Shown piece after piece: positions 61,347 through 64,000 of a stretch of 64,000 nt of DNA. Within the stretch, counting starts at the first letter, position 1. Each line of letters starts with the position of its first letter. The translations under genes were made by a program, and so were the position numbers. Source of the stretch: Chrysomallon squamiferum (taxonomy: Eukaryota > Animalia > Mollusca); the NCBI GenBank assembly GCA_012295275.1, contig CM022666.1, forward strand, positions 15,562,001-15,626,000, written 5' to 3'. A model generated the notes under the pieces. That model was not told the DNA's origin, made no database searches, and saw nothing but the letters and a program-made list of their open reading frames with translations.

Positions 61347-61450
61347 CTGTTGTGCTCGTTACCTGCTCTCAGCAACATTACAAACGTGTAGACTCCTGCC
61401 TGCAGGTTTAGTGTAAATGAAGCAAATTTTTCAAGGATATCAACAAAACC
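61347..61450 (-). CDS. Exon of the transporter with two candidate donors (ends at 61363 or 61347)
   Basis: ttactttcag|GGT TTT GTT..., encoding GFVDILEKFASFTLNLQAGVYTFVMLLRAG(NEHNR). Donors are CAG|gtaacg (exon end 61363) and CAG|gtgagt (exon end 61347). Confidence 0.85.
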
Positions 61451-61861
61451 CTGAAAGTAATAATAATAATAACAATAACAATAATAATAATAATAATCAT
61501 AATAAAATATAATAATAGTAATAATTATAACAATAACAATAAAATGATATCAAGAAATAATAAAAAGAAGAATAAATAAATACAATTTTATTAAGAAAAA
61601 TAAAATAAATAAAAAAAGAAGAAAGGGAAAAAAAGTCAAAGTATGAAAACATTTAGAGTAAAATTACATCATTTAAGGTCACAGAACCTTCACCTCACAG
61701 AAAAATATATAAAAAAATAACAAAATTAATAATAAAATAACTAACATCTCTGTTACACAACATTTAATTCTGATAATCACATTATTATTAACTGCATTAT
61801 CATTTGGGCAATACTCCTAAGTGGGACACAAATTACAATTCAGTTATATATACACACATAT

Positions 61862-61895
<34 letters not shown>

Positions 61896-62211
61896 AACTT
61901 TTTTTAATAGTACTATCATGCCCATACAGTAGTATTCAATAGTATTAATAGTTTATTTACTAAATTCATTGAGTAAGTACTTGACTCTCTTCACAGTACA
62001 GGTGTGTGGGGGTGGGGGAGGGCATCTTCAGCTAAACTTTTAATTAGGGTAGAAGTATGAGACACTTGAGACATTTGTACTGGACAGAATTAGCAGAGAT
62101 TCTGTTGTAACTCAGTTTAATTATGACTGTCAATGTAATCATTATATATCTCGGGACAAAGCCAACTTGTGACTTGTGTAGCAGTTATCTTCTTCACATA
62201 ACAGTAGAGAC

Positions 62212-62320
62212 TGGGACACAGTCTAGTGTTATACTGTGAGATCAAGGGTCACTGGATCAATCCTACTTAGTGGACACAGGAGACTGTTTTCACATTCCAG
62301 CCAGTGCTGTAGTACTGGTT
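62212..62320 (+). mobile_element. Degenerate tRNA-derived SINE, copy 1 (in a transporter intron)
   Basis: A-box-like acagtctagtgtt and B-box-like GGATCAATCC (62254-62263). Shares tcaagggtcactggat...tagtgga...cattc-agccag with the adjacent copy. Resemblance to a gastropod SINE is from memory only. Confidence 0.6.
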
Positions 62321-62344
62321 TCTTTCTCAACGGTCACTGTTAGT

Positions 62345-62555
62345 AAACAGCTAATGATCTGGTACATATTGTACTCAAGGGTCACTGGATTGATCCCCAT
62401 TAGTGGATGATAGGGGCTATTTCCCATTCTAGCCAGGGCTGCACAACTCATGTATATTCAATAACTGTGCTGTTTGTGGGAGGGTGCACATGAATGAGAC
62501 CTTGCTGCTAATCAGAAAAAGGAAAAAAAGGCTACTTGAGTAACACACAGGATGT
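62345..62555 (+). mobile_element. Degenerate tRNA-derived SINE, copy 2
   Basis: B-box-like GGATTGATCC (62387-62396), followed by the body gggctatttcccattctagccag...tgtgggagggtgcaca...ccttgctgctaatc. Paralogous to copy 1. Confidence 0.65.
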
Positions 62556-62589
62556 TGTAAGACAGACAGATTTAGTTTTAAATACTTAC

Positions 62590-62659
62590 CTGTGGATTCA
62601 ACATGGCCACTCCAAACACAGCAGAAAATGCTAGCAAAGACATAACTACAGTGCACAAC
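62590..62659 (-). CDS. Exon of the transporter (transmembrane helix)
   Basis: gttttcag|G TTG TGC ... CCA CAG|gtaagt, encoding (W)LCTVVMSLLAFSAVFGVAMLNPQ. Consensus splice sites; phases are consistent on both sides. Confidence 0.88.
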
Positions 62660-63016
62660 CTGAAAACACATATATAATAATAATAATAATAGTAATAATA
62701 ATAATAATAATAATAACATATATACGCATGTATATATATAATGAAAGAACATTTATAAATACATGTTAAATGTTTTAATATGTATGTGTGTGTGTGTATG
62801 TATATATATATATATAAGTATCTGCATGTATCTATATTCCTAGCATATTTCATCAACATTAAATGTCATTATCCACTGTAAATTATATGTATCACAAAAG
62901 AACGTTTAGAAATAGGTGTTCCAGGTTTTAACTGATGTGTGTTTAACATATCTACACTAGGTATTCCTGGACACACAGACACACGGAGAGTAATTAAAAT
63001 GTCTGTCAGTGTTTAC

Positions 63017-63119
63017 CATTTTCCTTTTATACATCTACAGAAAGTCACGTCATCTGCAGCATTTGGAATGATTCTGGAAAACGAGCCGTCTAACCAACGA
63101 GCCTCTACCCATCCTGACA
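63017..63119 (-). CDS. Exon of a multi-pass membrane transporter (aromatic amino-acid permease-like)
   Basis: cattcag|TG TCA GGA TGG ... AAA TG|gtaaac, encoding xSGWVEARWLDGSFSRIIPNAADDVTFCRCIKGK-W. The phase-2 end matches the next exon. An alternative in-frame acceptor lies 6 nt downstream. Upstream exons are outside the window. Confidence 0.75.
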
Positions 63120-64000
63120 CTGAATGACAGATAATAATGATGATAATGATGATGGTAATAAAGAAAATGATGATAATGATGATGATGATGATAATAAAGA
63201 CAATTGTGATAATAAAGATAATGATGATATTATGATGATGAAAATTATGATAATAAAGTTAATGATGATATTAATGATGATATTATGATGATGATAACAA
63301 TGGTGAAGAATAATAATCATTATCATGATTGTCAAAAAAAAAATATATATAATTTAAAAACAAATTAGAAAAAGAAGTGACAGAGGGGAAGAAAACATGA
63401 ACAGAAAAACATATATTTAAAAGAATAAGAATTAAAATAACTTTCCTAGCTCTTTGCTTTACACAACTATGTAAAAATAAGTTTTGAGTTTTCTACAAAT
63501 ATTTATAACTAGCTTTTACTTCTTAAAATGCAAAACAGCTTTGATAGCTCCCCCAAAATACAACAAACAAAAAAAAACCACTTAAATAGATTTTAATATT
63601 TATTTAAAGATATAATTTTATGCATATAAAAATTGTGTGGCACTGAAATATTAATTATTAAATCAATACTGGGGAGAAAGAAAAACTATTTTTTAAGACT
63701 CAAATCATGTACAATGGAGACTCAGGCAACTATAGGATTTTTGCTGATACGATTTCCCAATGCTAAGAAAATAGGATACTATTATTATTTTAATCAATTA
63801 CTGAATACGGAAATCTCTTCTGGTTGAATGAGAGCTTTAATCTGTGACATCAAATGATTATCTACAAAGACTGCTCTGATAAATGATTAAAACAACTGAT
63901 GTGATAAAAGAGATTCTATCATATGATTCAAATAATAAAACTCTTTCAGAACTTTAAATTAAAGCTTTACCATTTCTAACATAGGTTCTACATACCACAT

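Overview
AT-rich, microsatellite-dense eukaryotic DNA, probably invertebrate. Two tRNA-derived SINE remnants resemble, from memory, gastropod families. Two spliced minus-strand genes sit at the window ends; the ORF track misses or fragments both. (1) A C2H2 zinc-finger transcription factor: a 631-nt coding exon runs off the left edge, and a phase-compatible 35-nt first coding exon (MDGPLYLQGPFR) lies 15.8 kb upstream at 16423-16457, next to a CpG-rich promoter-like region with several upstream ATGs. (2) The last four visible coding exons (60844-63119) of a multi-pass membrane protein, probably an aromatic amino-acid permease-like transporter, with competing splice donors or a possible +1 frameshift. 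Between them is about 40 kb with no recognisable gene, where short CpG-rich unique islands alternate with simple repeats, as in the enhancer landscape of a developmental regulator. Four CTCF-like motifs lie between 5 and 48 kb. CpG content drops sharply after about 57.4 kb, consistent with gene-body methylation of the transporter only. Nearly all listed ORFs are microsatellite translations. I found no CRISPR array, rRNA or intact tRNA, and no clearly new multi-gene system; the best leads are regulatory.
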